DNA of 64,000 nucleotides from Patescibacteria group bacterium (GTDB lineage Bacteria; Patescibacteriota; Minisyncoccia; UBA6257; UBA9933): NCBI GenBank assembly GCA_038065955.1, contig JBBTPY010000007.1, positions 29,232 to 93,231 of the forward strand, read 5' to 3'. Shown piece by piece: positions 54,425 to 64,000 of this stretch (position 1 is its first letter; each line of letters starts with the position of its first letter). The notes under the pieces were generated by a model. It saw only the letters and a program-made list of their open reading frames with translations, ran no database searches and was not told where the DNA came from. The position numbers and the translations under genes were made by a program.

Positions 54425-56800
54425 TCACAGACTATTAATGATACCCCAATTTCCTTTTTCTGCCAAATCAATCAAAACTTCCATGTCGTCTTTTAAATCG
54501 TCAAATTGTTTTAGATAAGCGGCGACTTTGATAAAATTTTCCGCGTCTTTTCGGAGGGCGAAATAACGCACCGCCTCTTCATAATATTGCCTCTCAAAAA
54601 CAAAATTAATTTCTTTATTTAAACTTTTAATGATAAATTCCGCCAATTTCTCTTTTCGGCCGGCAAGATTATAAATTAAAAGAACGCTATTTCTGTCCCC
54701 GCCCATTAAAGTATCAAAACGAGGGTCAAGAAGATTAACGGCTTCGTCTAATATTTCAGCCGCTTCTTTATTTTTTCCGGCAATCGCCATCATTAAGGCC
54801 AGATGAAAATTAGCGCGGGCCACTTTCGGATTCAATGAAATAGCGTATTTAGCCGCTTCAAAAGACTCTTCATATCGTTTTTGCCCCGCTAAATTAAAAG
54901 CCAAATGATAATAAACTTCTTGCCTTGTCGGCGCGCGCTTAACCGCCTCCCTCATCAATTTTTCGGCTTTTTGATAAAGCGGCTTGGCGCTTTCATCATC
55001 AATAACTTTTGTAATGCCGTTTAACATTTCCACTTCTCTGATAAAAACCCTTACATCAAACGGCTCGCGCCTGACGATTTCATCCATTGCTTCAATCAAT
55101 AAATCGCCTAATGACTTGAATTTTGGATTAGAAACATAAGAATTATTGTAAAAAAACTGGTCAAGATAAGCGACATCAATTCCCGTGCTCCGAATATTAT
55201 ATTGAGCGAAATTATAAGGATACATCGCCCTTTTAAGCGCGGCGGCCACTTCATAAGCGTTATGGCTTACGCCGGAAGAAGCTTTAAAAAGTCTGGCTTG
55301 GATATAAGGAACGAGATTATAAAAATATAAACTGTAGCCGGCGGCAATAATAATGATTAATGCGATAATTGAAAAGAAAAATTTTGCAACCGCTGATTTT
55401 TTATCCGCATAAATCGGCGCGCTGTCGAAATTTATCGACGTATTTGAAATTATAAATCCTAAAATAACGAAAAAGGCGCCATAAGAAACAATTTGGTCAA
55501 AAACGAAAAGATTTTGAACGAAATAACCAATTAAGCCTGCCGCTATAAACAGCGGTAGAAAATTAACGCCTCCGGCCGCCGCGTTCCCGCCGTCTTTATC
55601 TCGTATTTCATTTGTTTTTCTGAATAATAAATAAAAAACCGCGCCGAAAATTCCCAAATAAACGACTAATCCGAAAATTCCCTGCATCACAACGACATCA
55701 ATAACTTTGTTGTGCGCCCGGTCAAGCCATGATTCACCATAAAGCGCGTAATCCGGGTCGTAATACTTCTCATAAGCGATGATGTAATTTTCCGGCCCCC
55801 AGCCGAAAAACGGCTTTTCTTTAAACGCTTTCCAGCTTAATTTCCATGTCATCAAACGAAATTGAGTGGAAGCGTCGTTTATGTCAAAAGCGGCGGTTTT
55901 CGCCAATCTGTTAAGTCCCGGAACTTTCTGCCAAACTTGATTATCGCGAGTAAACCAAAAAGCGCCGCTAAAAATAAACATCATTAAAATCAGCCCGATT
56001 GCTAATTTTTGAAGATTCAATTTAATGGACGCCGTAATTCTTACGGACTTACGGCGTCCGTAGATTGAAAAATAAGCCAATAAGGCAAAAATTCCGGCTC
56101 CCAATCCCAAAATCGCGCCGCGGGTGCCGGTAATAAAAACCGTCAATGCCGACAAAATAATTATTAATAAAGAGAAATGGCGCCAATACGAAAGCTTAAA
56201 TTTAAAGTTTATAGGTTTGTAAGTTTTAAAAAAGACGACCGCGGCGAACATCATCAGAAAAAACATATGAGTCGCCAGAAACGCCGCGTTGCCGATATAA
56301 GAAATCGGCCTTGCTTCCGGAATTAAAGCAAAAGGGAAATTTCTGATGCCGAAATACTGCAGAATAGCGTAAAAAATAACGATAAATCCGACAATCAACG
56401 AAATTTTAAAATAATTAAGCCAATCTTTTTTTTCAAAAATAATGGTGGCGATAAACATAAAAACCAAAGCGTGAAGCATCCCAAATAACCCCTCGCCGCG
56501 CTCCAAATCGCCCCAAAAAGCCCGATATGAATTATCCGCCAAAACGACACTTACGACCAAAGAAATAAAAAATAAAGCGAGAGAAATAATAAGGGGATTC
56601 TTAATAAAGTTTAAATGTTTAAATGCTTTAAGATTTAAAAGTAAATAAATTAAAAATAAAATCAAAGCAATTTCAATAACGCTTCTGTAAAAAACGGTTT
56701 TGCCCAAAACAAACGGAAAAATGGTGCTCCAGCTTATAATTAAAGGAGTAAAAGCCGTTAAAAAAAGCGGAAATTTAATGAAAATTTTAAAAAATTTCAT
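54425..56800 (-). CDS. O-antigen ligase/Wzy_C-family membrane domain fused to C-terminal TPR-repeat domain
   Basis: 791 aa; N-terminal about 450-aa polytopic membrane domain homologous to 52994..54421; C-terminal about 300 aa with TPR-like repeats (YYHLAFNLAGQKRYEESFEAAKYAISLNPK...). Confidence 0.7.
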   Translation of the reverse strand: MKFFKIFIKFPLFLTAFTPLIISWSTIFPFVLGKTVFYRSVIEIALILFLIYLLLNLKAFKHLNFIKNPLIISLALFFISLVVSVVLADNSYRAFWGDLERGEGLFGMLHALVFMFIATIIFEKKDWLNYFKISLIVGFIVIFYAILQYFGIRNFPFALIPEARPISYIGNAAFLATHMFFLMMFAAVVFFKTYKPINFKFKLSYWRHFSLLIIILSALTVFITGTRGAILGLGAGIFALLAYFSIYGRRKSVRITASIKLNLQKLAIGLILMMFIFSGAFWFTRDNQVWQKVPGLNRLAKTAAFDINDASTQFRLMTWKLSWKAFKEKPFFGWGPENYIIAYEKYYDPDYALYGESWLDRAHNKVIDVVVMQGIFGLVVYLGIFGAVFYLLFRKTNEIRDKDGGNAAAGGVNFLPLFIAAGLIGYFVQNLFVFDQIVSYGAFFVILGFIISNTSINFDSAPIYADKKSAVAKFFFSIIALIIIIAAGYSLYFYNLVPYIQARLFKASSGVSHNAYEVAAALKRAMYPYNFAQYNIRSTGIDVAYLDQFFYNNSYVSNPKFKSLGDLLIEAMDEIVRREPFDVRVFIREVEMLNGITKVIDDESAKPLYQKAEKLMREAVKRAPTRQEVYYHLAFNLAGQKRYEESFEAAKYAISLNPKVARANFHLALMMAIAGKNKEAAEILDEAVNLLDPRFDTLMGGDRNSVLLIYNLAGRKEKLAEFIIKSLNKEINFVFERQYYEEAVRYFALRKDAENFIKVAAYLKQFDDLKDDMEVLIDLAEKGNWGIINSL

Positions 56801-56842
56801 AGATAAATAAAAGTATAAAAGTTTAAATATTTAAAAGCAACC

Positions 56843-56873
56843 AAAAACCGCCCGAAGGCGGTTTTTGGTTTTT
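56843..56873. terminator. intrinsic (rho-independent) terminator, bidirectional: 10-bp stem AAAAACCGCC / GGCGGTTTTT, CGAA loop, followed by GGTTTTT
   Basis: Read directly; lies 40 nt downstream of the stop (56914) of the surface-protein gene. Confidence 0.75.
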
Positions 56874-56913
56874 CAATTATGAGCTATTGAGAAACTTCTA
56901 TTCAGAAAACTGA

Positions 56914-59900
56914 CTAGTTGCTGATTGTGATAGAGCTTGAAGGTAAGATCTTGACGAGCACGCCGTTCGCCCAATCAGCAGTTGACTCAGTGTGTGAAGT
57001 CTGAGAGTAATCTGACCAAACGAAGGACGGAGCCGCATCAGTCGCAGTAGTGAGACTGGACCTAACAGCAGAAACAGTGGTCGCGCTGACCAAGGTTGTT
57101 TCAGTTCTGTGGAGATTGGCGACTATAGAAGCCGCGCCCACAGTACCGGAAACATTATTAAAGGTCAAAGCTACCTCATATTCCTGTTCAGCTCCGGCCG
57201 CAATGGTCTCTTCAGAGTTAAGCAATAAGCTTACATAACCCGTATTGCCGCCGGTAATGGCCGCCTGCTCGCCAGTGGATGTACTGGTTGAGCTAAAGGC
57301 TGAAGCAATATTGAGATTAGAGCTTGCGCCTACTCTCTTAATAGTGACATTGCCCGTTGTTCCCGGAACCGCGTCAACCAAAGTTATGGAAGCGCCGGTC
57401 ATAGAAACTTTAAACTGAATCTGTTTCCAAGCCACCTGTTCCGGACCATCAGCTTTAATCTTAAATTTGATAACCGGAATTTGACCAACGGTAAGCTTGC
57501 TGGAACCGGCAGTCGGAACGGCAAAAGTCGGTTTGGTCTTGTAGACCACCATCTGATTGCCGGTAGCCGCCGTTAAGCCCGTATCCAAAGCGGTTGAACC
57601 CTGAGCTTCGAATCCTGCAGCCATTACGCTGGTATAGGCCGAAGCGCCGGAATCAGCGCCGCTTGAAATTGAATTCAAAACGCCCTTAACAGTTAAAGTC
57701 TTAGAACCATCTTTCGGAATAACCCAGCCAAGGCTGTCAATATAGACAGTGCCGGAATTATCTCCTGAACCGGTTACGCTGTATCCGCCCGCTGAACCAA
57801 TTTGAGTTGAACCGTCATAAAGCTTAACCATTGAAACCTCGTCAGCCGCAGCCGAAGAAGTATCTACGGCGCTGTTGGTCGGAATAACCAAGAGCCGCAT
57901 TTTATTGATAGTCATATTCTCGTTGGTGGCGGTAAAGCGGAATTTACTCAAAACCTGTTCAGAGCCGGCGATTACAATACCAGATTCCGATTCGCTGTCA
58001 TCAGCGGCTTTAACCACTGAAACATCGCCGGAAGTGGTAAGAGTAACCACTACGCCGGTGCTGGTATTAATCTGCGTTCCGGACGGAGTCAAGGTTGCGC
58101 TGTTGCCAGCCGGGTCGGTAACGGTAATATTGGTGCTGTTAACCGCGGCAATGTGAACATAGTAAACATCGCCATTGGTCGCGTCAGCCGCAATATTGCC
58201 TTTGACGGTTAAAATCTTGGTTGAACCCTTAGGAATCGTAATGCTTAAACTGTCAAAAGTGGCAGTTAAAGCAGAAGTGTCCAAAGATTTCAAAGTTGAA
58301 ATCAAGGTCGCGCCGTCATAAAGACCCAAATTCTGAACTTCTCCGGAAGTTAATGTACCGCTGGAAGAAGTAGCCGTAATCTTAACCGAGCTGATTTTAA
58401 TGTCAGAGTTTTGCGCTCTGAAACTGAAACCGGCCAAAGAAACGAGATTGGTGCCCCGGACGATTGTCTGGGACGCCGGCGTTGACGAAAGCTGAACGTC
58501 CATAGTCGCGACTCTGGTGGTCATCGTGTTTCCGGCGACAGCGCTGCTGCCGAGCGGCACGATATCGGCCAAAGCCACATTCTGGTTATTGTCCAAATTC
58601 TTAACGTCGCCCAATGAGAAAGCGGCAAGTGAAACTTTAATGTCATCGCCGTCGTCATTATCAGCGTCAACGTCAACCGTAACTTTATAAGTTTTGGAAG
58701 CGCCGGCTGAAATGTTAATCACGTCCGTGTAGACGTAGCTCGTGGTTGAGCTCGTAACGTCAAAAGTGCTGGTAATTACAGCGTTAGAAGAAGTATCCCA
58801 GACTTTCATATCCGGAAATCCTTCGCCATTTATAAGACTGCCGCTGGTTGAAGCCGTAAATCTGAGATTTTTAATCTCAATATTATTGGCTGAAGCGATG
58901 GTGAAGTTATAAACCTCAACATTCTGACCGCGCAAAGCGATATCGCCGGTAATCGGACCGTTAAAGGTAATGGTTACCGCGCCGCCCGAAACGGTCAAGG
59001 TCTGACCTTCGCTGGAAGTGTCAATACCGACAATGCTCGGGTTAACCGGGAAACCGTAAAGATTACCGGTTGCCTGAACGTCGGACTTGCTGTCAAAGTA
59101 GAAGATAATCGTATCTCCTGACCTAGCTTGGCCGGAAATATCGCCGTAAATCTGGAAAACCCTTTCCTGCCCTTTCTCTAAAAGATACGGAGTGGTAAAG
59201 GCAAAGGTCGCCAAATCTTTGGCTCCGATTGCTGAAGCATTAGCCACAACTGTTCCGCTTTGTTTCAAAACAAAATTGGAAAGATAGCTGTTGGTAATGG
59301 TTCCGGCTTCGGTTAAGGCCAATTGGTTGATTTTAATATCTTCCGCCGAACCGGCAGTCAATTTAATTTCCGCCAAAAGCGCTCCTTGTTTGCCAATACT
59401 CGGATTGGAAACTGAACCGGAGCTGGTGGCGGTAACCGTGCCGACTTGCGAACTTCCCCAAGTAATCGGATTACCCGTGAAGGTTCCGGTCGGAATCGGG
59501 TCGCCGGCGGCCGAAGTCAACGTAAAGTAGTTGAAGTTACCGGCCGTATCGGTGTCAATATCAATCAATAAACTCAAAGTTTTTGTTCCGTCAATCGCTA
59601 AAGCGAGATTTAAGAACGAAATTTCGTGAGTGGTTGAATTAATACTGCGTCCGCTCGTCAAACGAGAGCTTCCTTCATAAAGGTAAAAACCGCTTGAAGG
59701 AAAATCGCCCGTGGAACCGACGCCCAATCTCTTAAAAGTCAAAGATTGCAAAGTGCCTTTTCCGGAAACGGTGAATTTCAACGCCGTTACGCCGGCCGCT
59801 CCCAACGGAACAGTCTGAGCCGCCGGGTTATCGCTGGCCAAAGCCAATACTAAACCGGTTGTCGGCGTGGTCGGGGTTGTCGGGGTAGTCGGGGTAGTCG

Positions 59901-60360
59901 GGGTTGTCGGAGTTGTTACCGCTAAACTGGAATATTTGGAGCGAGACATCGCGCCAAAAATGCCATCAGCAGTTAAACCTTTAGCTGCCTGCCAGGCTTT
60001 TACCGCGGCCGCGGTTTTTGAACCAAAATAAGTGGTTTCATTGCCCGCTGAACCGGCGCCTGAAGCCGAAACAGTATAGCTGGCGCCGTTAAGATATTGC
60101 TGTAAACATTTCACCGCGTCTCCCTTGGAACCTCGTTTCAAGGTAGAAGTGAAAGAACACAATACCGCGCTGGAGCCTTGAGCTGTCGCTAACTGACTCT
60201 GTAAAGCCTGAATCTGCGCCAAAAGAGCGCTGATTTGCGCTTGAAGGTCAGAAGAAGCAGTTTGAGCAGAGGCGATCGGCATAAAAATACCGCCCATTAA
60301 CCACACTGCGGTGGTAATGGAAAGCGCCACTGCTGAAAATTTCTTTATATTATTACTCAT
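56914..60360 (-). CDS. large cell-surface protein: signal peptide, coiled-coil, peptidoglycan-binding (PG_binding_1-like) domain, (TPT)n linker, then about 900 aa of Thr/Ser/Gly/Ala-rich Ig-like beta-sandwich repeats (S-layer/adhesin-like)
   Basis: ORF track 56914..60408; signal-peptide-like MSNNIKKFSAVALSITTAVWLMGGIFMPIASAQ begins at internal Met (60360); LQAQISALLAQIQALQSQL; PG-binding-like GDAVKCLQQYLNGASYTVSASGAG...TAAAVKAWQAAKGLTADGIFG; TPTTPTTPTTPTTPTTPT. Confidence 0.65.
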   Translation of the reverse strand: MSNNIKKFSAVALSITTAVWLMGGIFMPIASAQTASSDLQAQISALLAQIQALQSQLATAQGSSAVLCSFTSTLKRGSKGDAVKCLQQYLNGASYTVSASGAGSAGNETTYFGSKTAAAVKAWQAAKGLTADGIFGAMSRSKYSSLAVTTPTTPTTPTTPTTPTTPTTGLVLALASDNPAAQTVPLGAAGVTALKFTVSGKGTLQSLTFKRLGVGSTGDFPSSGFYLYEGSSRLTSGRSINSTTHEISFLNLALAIDGTKTLSLLIDIDTDTAGNFNYFTLTSAAGDPIPTGTFTGNPITWGSSQVGTVTATSSGSVSNPSIGKQGALLAEIKLTAGSAEDIKINQLALTEAGTITNSYLSNFVLKQSGTVVANASAIGAKDLATFAFTTPYLLEKGQERVFQIYGDISGQARSGDTIIFYFDSKSDVQATGNLYGFPVNPSIVGIDTSSEGQTLTVSGGAVTITFNGPITGDIALRGQNVEVYNFTIASANNIEIKNLRFTASTSGSLINGEGFPDMKVWDTSSNAVITSTFDVTSSTTSYVYTDVINISAGASKTYKVTVDVDADNDDGDDIKVSLAAFSLGDVKNLDNNQNVALADIVPLGSSAVAGNTMTTRVATMDVQLSSTPASQTIVRGTNLVSLAGFSFRAQNSDIKISSVKITATSSSGTLTSGEVQNLGLYDGATLISTLKSLDTSALTATFDSLSITIPKGSTKILTVKGNIAADATNGDVYYVHIAAVNSTNITVTDPAGNSATLTPSGTQINTSTGVVVTLTTSGDVSVVKAADDSESESGIVIAGSEQVLSKFRFTATNENMTINKMRLLVIPTNSAVDTSSAAADEVSMVKLYDGSTQIGSAGGYSVTGSGDNSGTVYIDSLGWVIPKDGSKTLTVKGVLNSISSGADSGASAYTSVMAAGFEAQGSTALDTGLTAATGNQMVVYKTKPTFAVPTAGSSKLTVGQIPVIKFKIKADGPEQVAWKQIQFKVSMTGASITLVDAVPGTTGNVTIKRVGASSNLNIASAFSSTSTSTGEQAAITGGNTGYVSLLLNSEETIAAGAEQEYEVALTFNNVSGTVGAASIVANLHRTETTLVSATTVSAVRSSLTTATDAAPSFVWSDYSQTSHTESTADWANGVLVKILPSSSITISN
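59861..59925. repeat. in-frame 9-nt tandem repeats (GGGGTTGTC/GGGGTAGTC x5) encoding the (TPT)n linker
   Basis: Read directly. Confidence 0.7.
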
Positions 60361-60569
60361 TATGTGTTTTATAGTTTTAATCAGGAAATAACGGATTTGT
60401 TCGAACATAGACCAAGCGGTCTAAATAAAATTCGTTATCCGCTGATTTTTATTGTATTTAACAATAATTTATTTATTATTTTTGGAAAATTATTCTTCTG
60501 CCAGTCGACCATCCGGTTATTATTATATATAACCGCCTGAACATAAAAATAACTTGATAGCAAATTAAA

Positions 60570-60587
60570 ATAAAAGCGAATCCGCTT
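60570..60587 (-). terminator. weak hairpin (AAAAGCG-AATC-CGCTTTT) followed by T-rich tract on minus strand; possible terminator for the 60705..61475 gene
   Basis: Read directly; 7-bp stem with only 3 GC pairs. Confidence 0.35.
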
Positions 60588-60704
60588 TTAATACTACTTA
60601 TAACACTGCCTAATAATTTAATACAACCATTAACTTTTGGCAACCCCTAAATCTATAATATAGATAACGATACTAATAAAAGGTTGTTTCATTTATTTCG
60701 GGCG

Positions 60705-61475
60705 CTATAAAGCCCATTTTGACGCGGCAAAAATAATTAAAACAAATACTATCAATAAAGTAATGTTTTTTAAAATCATTGTCCGATTAAGATTGCCGCT
60801 TAAATGGGCGAATACCATGTCTTTTGTTATTAAAATCAACACTAATGTCAAAGCGCCGGCGTTCAAAAAACCGATAGGCAAAAGCGAAATAACCCAAAGA
60901 AATTGAAAAATTGAAAGGGCCAGCCCAAAAGACAATAAATTCAGCCTTGAAACGGGAAGAGACATAAACGCCAACGCTTCCCTGAAAAGAAAATAAATGC
61001 CGAAAAAGGCGGCCAAATATTTCACGATAAAAAACTGCGACTTGTCCGACGCGTAAAACATAATAAAAACCGTTAAAAACAGAAAGTTGTTTAAAAAATG
61101 ATAAATCGGCGGTCGATTGACGAAAGACAGATTTTTAACGCCTAAAATAAGGAATAAAATGACGCCGAATAATAAACTTATGATAACCGACAGCTTACCG
61201 CTGACAACCGGTAAATTAACCGCCAATAAAGAAACGACGATAAGCGTTAAAAAAGACGCCAAAAATTGGCGGCCGCCGGAAACGCCAGAAAAATAAAAAT
61301 AAAAAGCCGCCGCGAAATAAATAACAACCAACCACTTATGATTGATAACCGACAGCAATAATAAAGATAAAATTATGGCCTTAAACGTTAATAATAAGAC
61401 CGGATTCCTTAAAACCGAGTTTAATTTTTTTAGCATCTTTAAGTTCGCCTTTAATAATGCTGTTTGCCAATTCAT
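60705..61475 (-). CDS. hypothetical polytopic membrane protein (about 7 TM)
   Basis: 256 aa; ORF-track start overlaps clpB by 95 nt, so true start may be an internal Met. Confidence 0.45.
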   Translation of the reverse strand: MNWQTALLKANLKMLKKLNSVLRNPVLLLTFKAIILSLLLLSVINHKWLVVIYFAAAFYFYFSGVSGGRQFLASFLTLIVVSLLAVNLPVVSGKLSVIISLLFGVILFLILGVKNLSFVNRPPIYHFLNNFLFLTVFIMFYASDKSQFFIVKYLAAFFGIYFLFREALAFMSLPVSRLNLLSFGLALSIFQFLWVISLLPIGFLNAGALTLVLILITKDMVFAHLSGNLNRTMILKNITLLIVFVLIIFAASKWAL

Positions 61476-64000
61476 CCAGCACTAATTTTTGAATCATTCT
61501 TTTAATCGGTCGAGCGCCATAATCCGGGTCAAAACCCTGTTCCGCAATATGCTTTTTCAGGGAATTATCAAAAACCACGTTAAGATTGCGGCCAGCCAAC
61601 CGGTTTTTAAGCTCTTCAAGTTGAATATCAACTATTTTTTCAATTTCTTTCCGGCTTAAGGAATTAAAAACGATAATTTCATCCAATCTATTCAGAAATT
61701 CAGGCCGGAAAGTTTCTTTAAGCGCCTCCATTACGCGTTCTTTGAAATTCTCGGTTTTGCCTTTTTGTTCCATTTCTTCGCCGCCGGTCTCAAAACCAAC
61801 CCGCGACATTTCCCGAAAGTACTCGCTACCGACATTAGAAGTTAAAATAATGATGGCGTTTTTAAAATTAACGGTTTTGCCCTTGCCGTCGGTAAGCCGG
61901 CCGTTATCCAGCATCTGGAGAAGAACATTAAAAACTTCCGGATGGGCTTTTTCAATTTCATCAAATAAAATCAAACTATAAGGCCGGTGTCTAACGGTTT
62001 CGGTCAACTGACCGCCTTCTTCATGTCCGACATAGCCCGGCGGCGAACCGATAAGCCGAGCCGTTGAATGCCTTTCCATATATTCGCTCATATCAATTCT
62101 GATTAAAGCCTTTTCGTCATTGAACATAAATCCCGCCAACGCTTTTGCCAATTCGGTTTTTCCGACGCCGGTCGGCCCTAAAAACATAAAAGAGCCCAAT
62201 GGCTTTTCTTCTTGAGAAAGGCCGGTCCGCGCCCGGCGCAAAGAACTGGCAATCGCTTTAATCGCCTCTTTCTGGCCGACAACGCGGGAAGCCAAAACTT
62301 CTTCTATTTTTTGGAGTTTTTCAACCTCTTTCTCCAACATTTTCACCACCGGAATACCGGTCCAGCGGAAAATCACATCAGCAATGTCTTCTTCATCAAC
62401 CGCTTCTTTGATAAATCTTTCTTTTTCCGACTTTTTGTCCTGAACCTTAGACCGGCCGGCCGATTTCCGATTTGTTTCCATATATTTTTTTTCAAAAATT
62501 TTCAAATCTCTTTCCGTCTGCGGCAATTCGCCATAAATAATTTTGGCGACTTTCTCCAAATTGCCTTCCCGCTCCGCGAGTTCGGCTCCGCGACGCAAAT
62601 CCTCCGCCTTTTTTCTTAAATTATGAATATTTTCAAAAGCGATTTTTTCCGCGTGCCATTTTGCCGAAAATTCGTCGTTTTTTTCCTTAAGTTTGGCTAG
62701 TTCTTTTTCAATTTCAGCTAATCTTTTATTTTTGGCGGAACCGCCGTCCTGAACCAAAGCCTGGCGTTCAATTTCCAAGTGGGTAATTTCTCTCCTAATT
62801 TTATCAATTTCTCTGGGCAGACTTTCGGTTTCCAAGCGCCTTGCAGACGACGCTTCGTCGATTAAATCAATCGCTTTATCGGGCAAAAATCGGTCAGGGA
62901 TATAACGAGCGGAAAGATTAACCGCCGCCACAATCGCCTCGTCAGAAATGCGAATGCCGTGATGAATTTCATATTTTTCTTTTAACCCCCTTAAAATCGC
63001 GACGCTGTCTTCAATTGAAGGCTCGTCAACCATTACCGGCTGAAACCGGCGCTCCAAAGCCGCGTCTTTTTCAATATAACGCTGATATTCGCGGATAGTG
63101 GTGGCGCCGATGGCGCGCAATTCGCCTCGGGCGAGAGCCGGCTTTAACAAATTAGAAGCGTCAATCGCGCCTTCGGCCGCGCCGGCGCCGACAATCGTAT
63201 GAATTTCATCAATAAAAAGAATTATTTTCCCTTGAGATTGCTGAACTTCTCGGACAAACGCTTTTAACCGGTCTTCAAATTCACCGCGAAATTTAGTGCC
63301 GGCAATCAATGCTCCGAGGTCAAGCATTACGATTTCTTTATTCTTTAACGGTTCCGGAATATCGCCGGAAACTATTCGCTGAGCCAAACCTTCAACCACC
63401 GCGGTTTTTCCGACGCCGGACTCTCCGATTAAAACCGGATTGTTCTTGGTCCGACGATTTAAAATCTGAATCAAACGGCGAAGCTCTTCGTTCCGGCCGA
63501 TGACCGGGTCAAGTTTGCCGTTTCTCGCAAGTTCGGTAAGGTTAATGGCGTATTTTTCCAGAACCTGAAATTTCGTTTCCGGCATTTCGTCGGTAATCCG
63601 CATTGTTCCCCGAAACTGAGCCAATATCCTTAAAACCGTTTCACGGCGCAAACCGAATTTTTCCAAAATCAAAGCCGGCGCCGAACCGCTTTCCAAAACC
63701 GCCAGAAACAAATGCTCGCAAGAAATGAATTCGTCTTTTTGCCGACCGGCAATTTTAACCGCTTCGTCCAAAACCTGCATCACTTCCTGAGAAAGATAAA
63801 GCTGGGCCACCTTAGAAGAACCGAAAATCTTCGGCTGTTTTTTCAGTTCTTCGCCAAGTTCTTGGGCTAAAACATCAAGATTAACTCCGGCCTTGATAAT
63901 CAACGGCCGCACCAAAGACCCTTCATCGGAAATAAGAGCGATTAAAAGATGGATTATTTTCAATTCGCCGTGATTTTCCCTGGCCGCCAAATCCTGCGCG
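61381..64000 (-). CDS. clpB: ATP-dependent chaperone ClpB (N-terminus truncated by window end)
   Basis: Two AAA+ modules ([17 protein letters not shown]; [15 protein letters not shown]), coiled-coil middle domain, sensor-2 GARPIKR; alignment to E. coli ClpB puts the first residue here at about position 25, so the start lies beyond 64000. Confidence 0.9.
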   Translation of the reverse strand, partial: AQDLAARENHGELKIIHLLIALISDEGSLVRPLIIKAGVNLDVLAQELGEELKKQPKIFGSSKVAQLYLSQEVMQVLDEAVKIAGRQKDEFISCEHLFLAVLESGSAPALILEKFGLRRETVLRILAQFRGTMRITDEMPETKFQVLEKYAINLTELARNGKLDPVIGRNEELRRLIQILNRRTKNNPVLIGESGVGKTAVVEGLAQRIVSGDIPEPLKNKEIVMLDLGALIAGTKFRGEFEDRLKAFVREVQQSQGKIILFIDEIHTIVGAGAAEGAIDASNLLKPALARGELRAIGATTIREYQRYIEKDAALERRFQPVMVDEPSIEDSVAILRGLKEKYEIHHGIRISDEAIVAAVNLSARYIPDRFLPDKAIDLIDEASSARRLETESLPREIDKIRREITHLEIERQALVQDGGSAKNKRLAEIEKELAKLKEKNDEFSAKWHAEKIAFENIHNLRKKAEDLRRGAELAEREGNLEKVAKIIYGELPQTERDLKIFEKKYMETNRKSAGRSKVQDKKSEKERFIKEAVDEEDIADVIFRWTGIPVVKMLEKEVEKLQKIEEVLASRVVGQKEAIKAIASSLRRARTGLSQEEKPLGSFMFLGPTGVGKTELAKALAGFMFNDEKALIRIDMSEYMERHSTARLIGSPPGYVGHEEGGQLTETVRHRPYSLILFDEIEKAHPEVFNVLLQMLDNGRLTDGKGKTVNFKNAIIILTSNVGSEYFREMSRVGFETGGEEMEQKGKTENFKERVMEALKETFRPEFLNRLDEIIVFNSLSRKEIEKIVDIQLEELKNRLAGRNLNVVFDNSLKKHIAEQGFDPDYGARPIKRMIQKLVLDELANSIIKGELKDAKKIKLGFKESGLIINV

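Noticed and set aside
56031-56060. Short inverted repeat TACGGAC...GTCCGTA inside the ligase-TPR gene
   Set aside because: Only 7-bp arms, single occurrence, encodes ordinary loop residues; likely chance.
60361-60420. GTTCGAAC motif resembling a tRNA T-loop near 60385
   Set aside because: No acceptor stem/anticodon arm can be folded around it; region is the 5' leader of the surface-protein gene. No tRNA genes found anywhere in the window.
1-64000. Prophage, IS element or integron signatures
   Set aside because: No integrase, transposase, recombinase, terminase or att-like long direct repeats recognised; the only mobile-looking items are the TA cassette and the small palindromic insertion.

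Overview
Low-GC, gene-dense fragment with about 50 coding genes, nearly all on the minus strand and often overlapping by 4-20 nt. No rRNA, tRNA, CRISPR, transposase or integrase was found. Gene content (split transketolase, SPW-repeat protein, lamin-tail-domain giant protein, many glycosyltransferases) suggests a Candidate Phyla Radiation (CPR)/Patescibacteria-type bacterium; this is inference. Layout: (i) 1-13.2 kb holds housekeeping and redox genes (transketolase N-subunit, rpe, gap, rpiB, LemA, CapA, SpoU, trxB, glutaredoxin) plus a 1619-aa secreted protein combining a zinc phospholipase-C-like domain, four lamin-tail domains and FN3 modules. (ii) 13.2-56.8 kb is a ~44-kb cell-surface glycan biosynthesis island with a WbaP-like initiating phosphotransferase, two Wzx flippase paralogs, a Wzy-like membrane protein, at least ten glycosyltransferases (GT2, GT4 including a tandem GT4 fusion, CgeB-like), a GDP-sugar module (two Gmd-family enzymes, DegT aminotransferase, sugar C-methyltransferase, nucleotidyltransferase, NUDIX-like protein), and a GtrA/GtrB/GT-C-like module. 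It also holds an unusual sub-cluster (class II aldolase-like, membrane-domain/PRK-type kinase fusion, HAD hydrolase, possible GDPD-like protein, two nucleotidyltransferases, AsnB) and two O-antigen-ligase-family paralogs, one fused to TPR repeats. (iii) 56.9-64 kb holds an 1164-aa Thr/Pro/Ser-rich surface protein with a peptidoglycan-binding domain, a membrane protein, and a clpB truncated by the window end. A HEPN/MNT toxin-antitoxin cassette with a 38-bp palindromic operator sits between a GT2 gene and a 5' stub of a GT2 paralog. Most interesting leads: a candidate protein O-glycosylation system (surface protein + ligase/O-OTase-family proteins + glycan island), the PLC-LTD giant protein, a heptanucleotide repeat that could phase-vary one ligase gene, and the membrane-kinase fusion sub-cluster.
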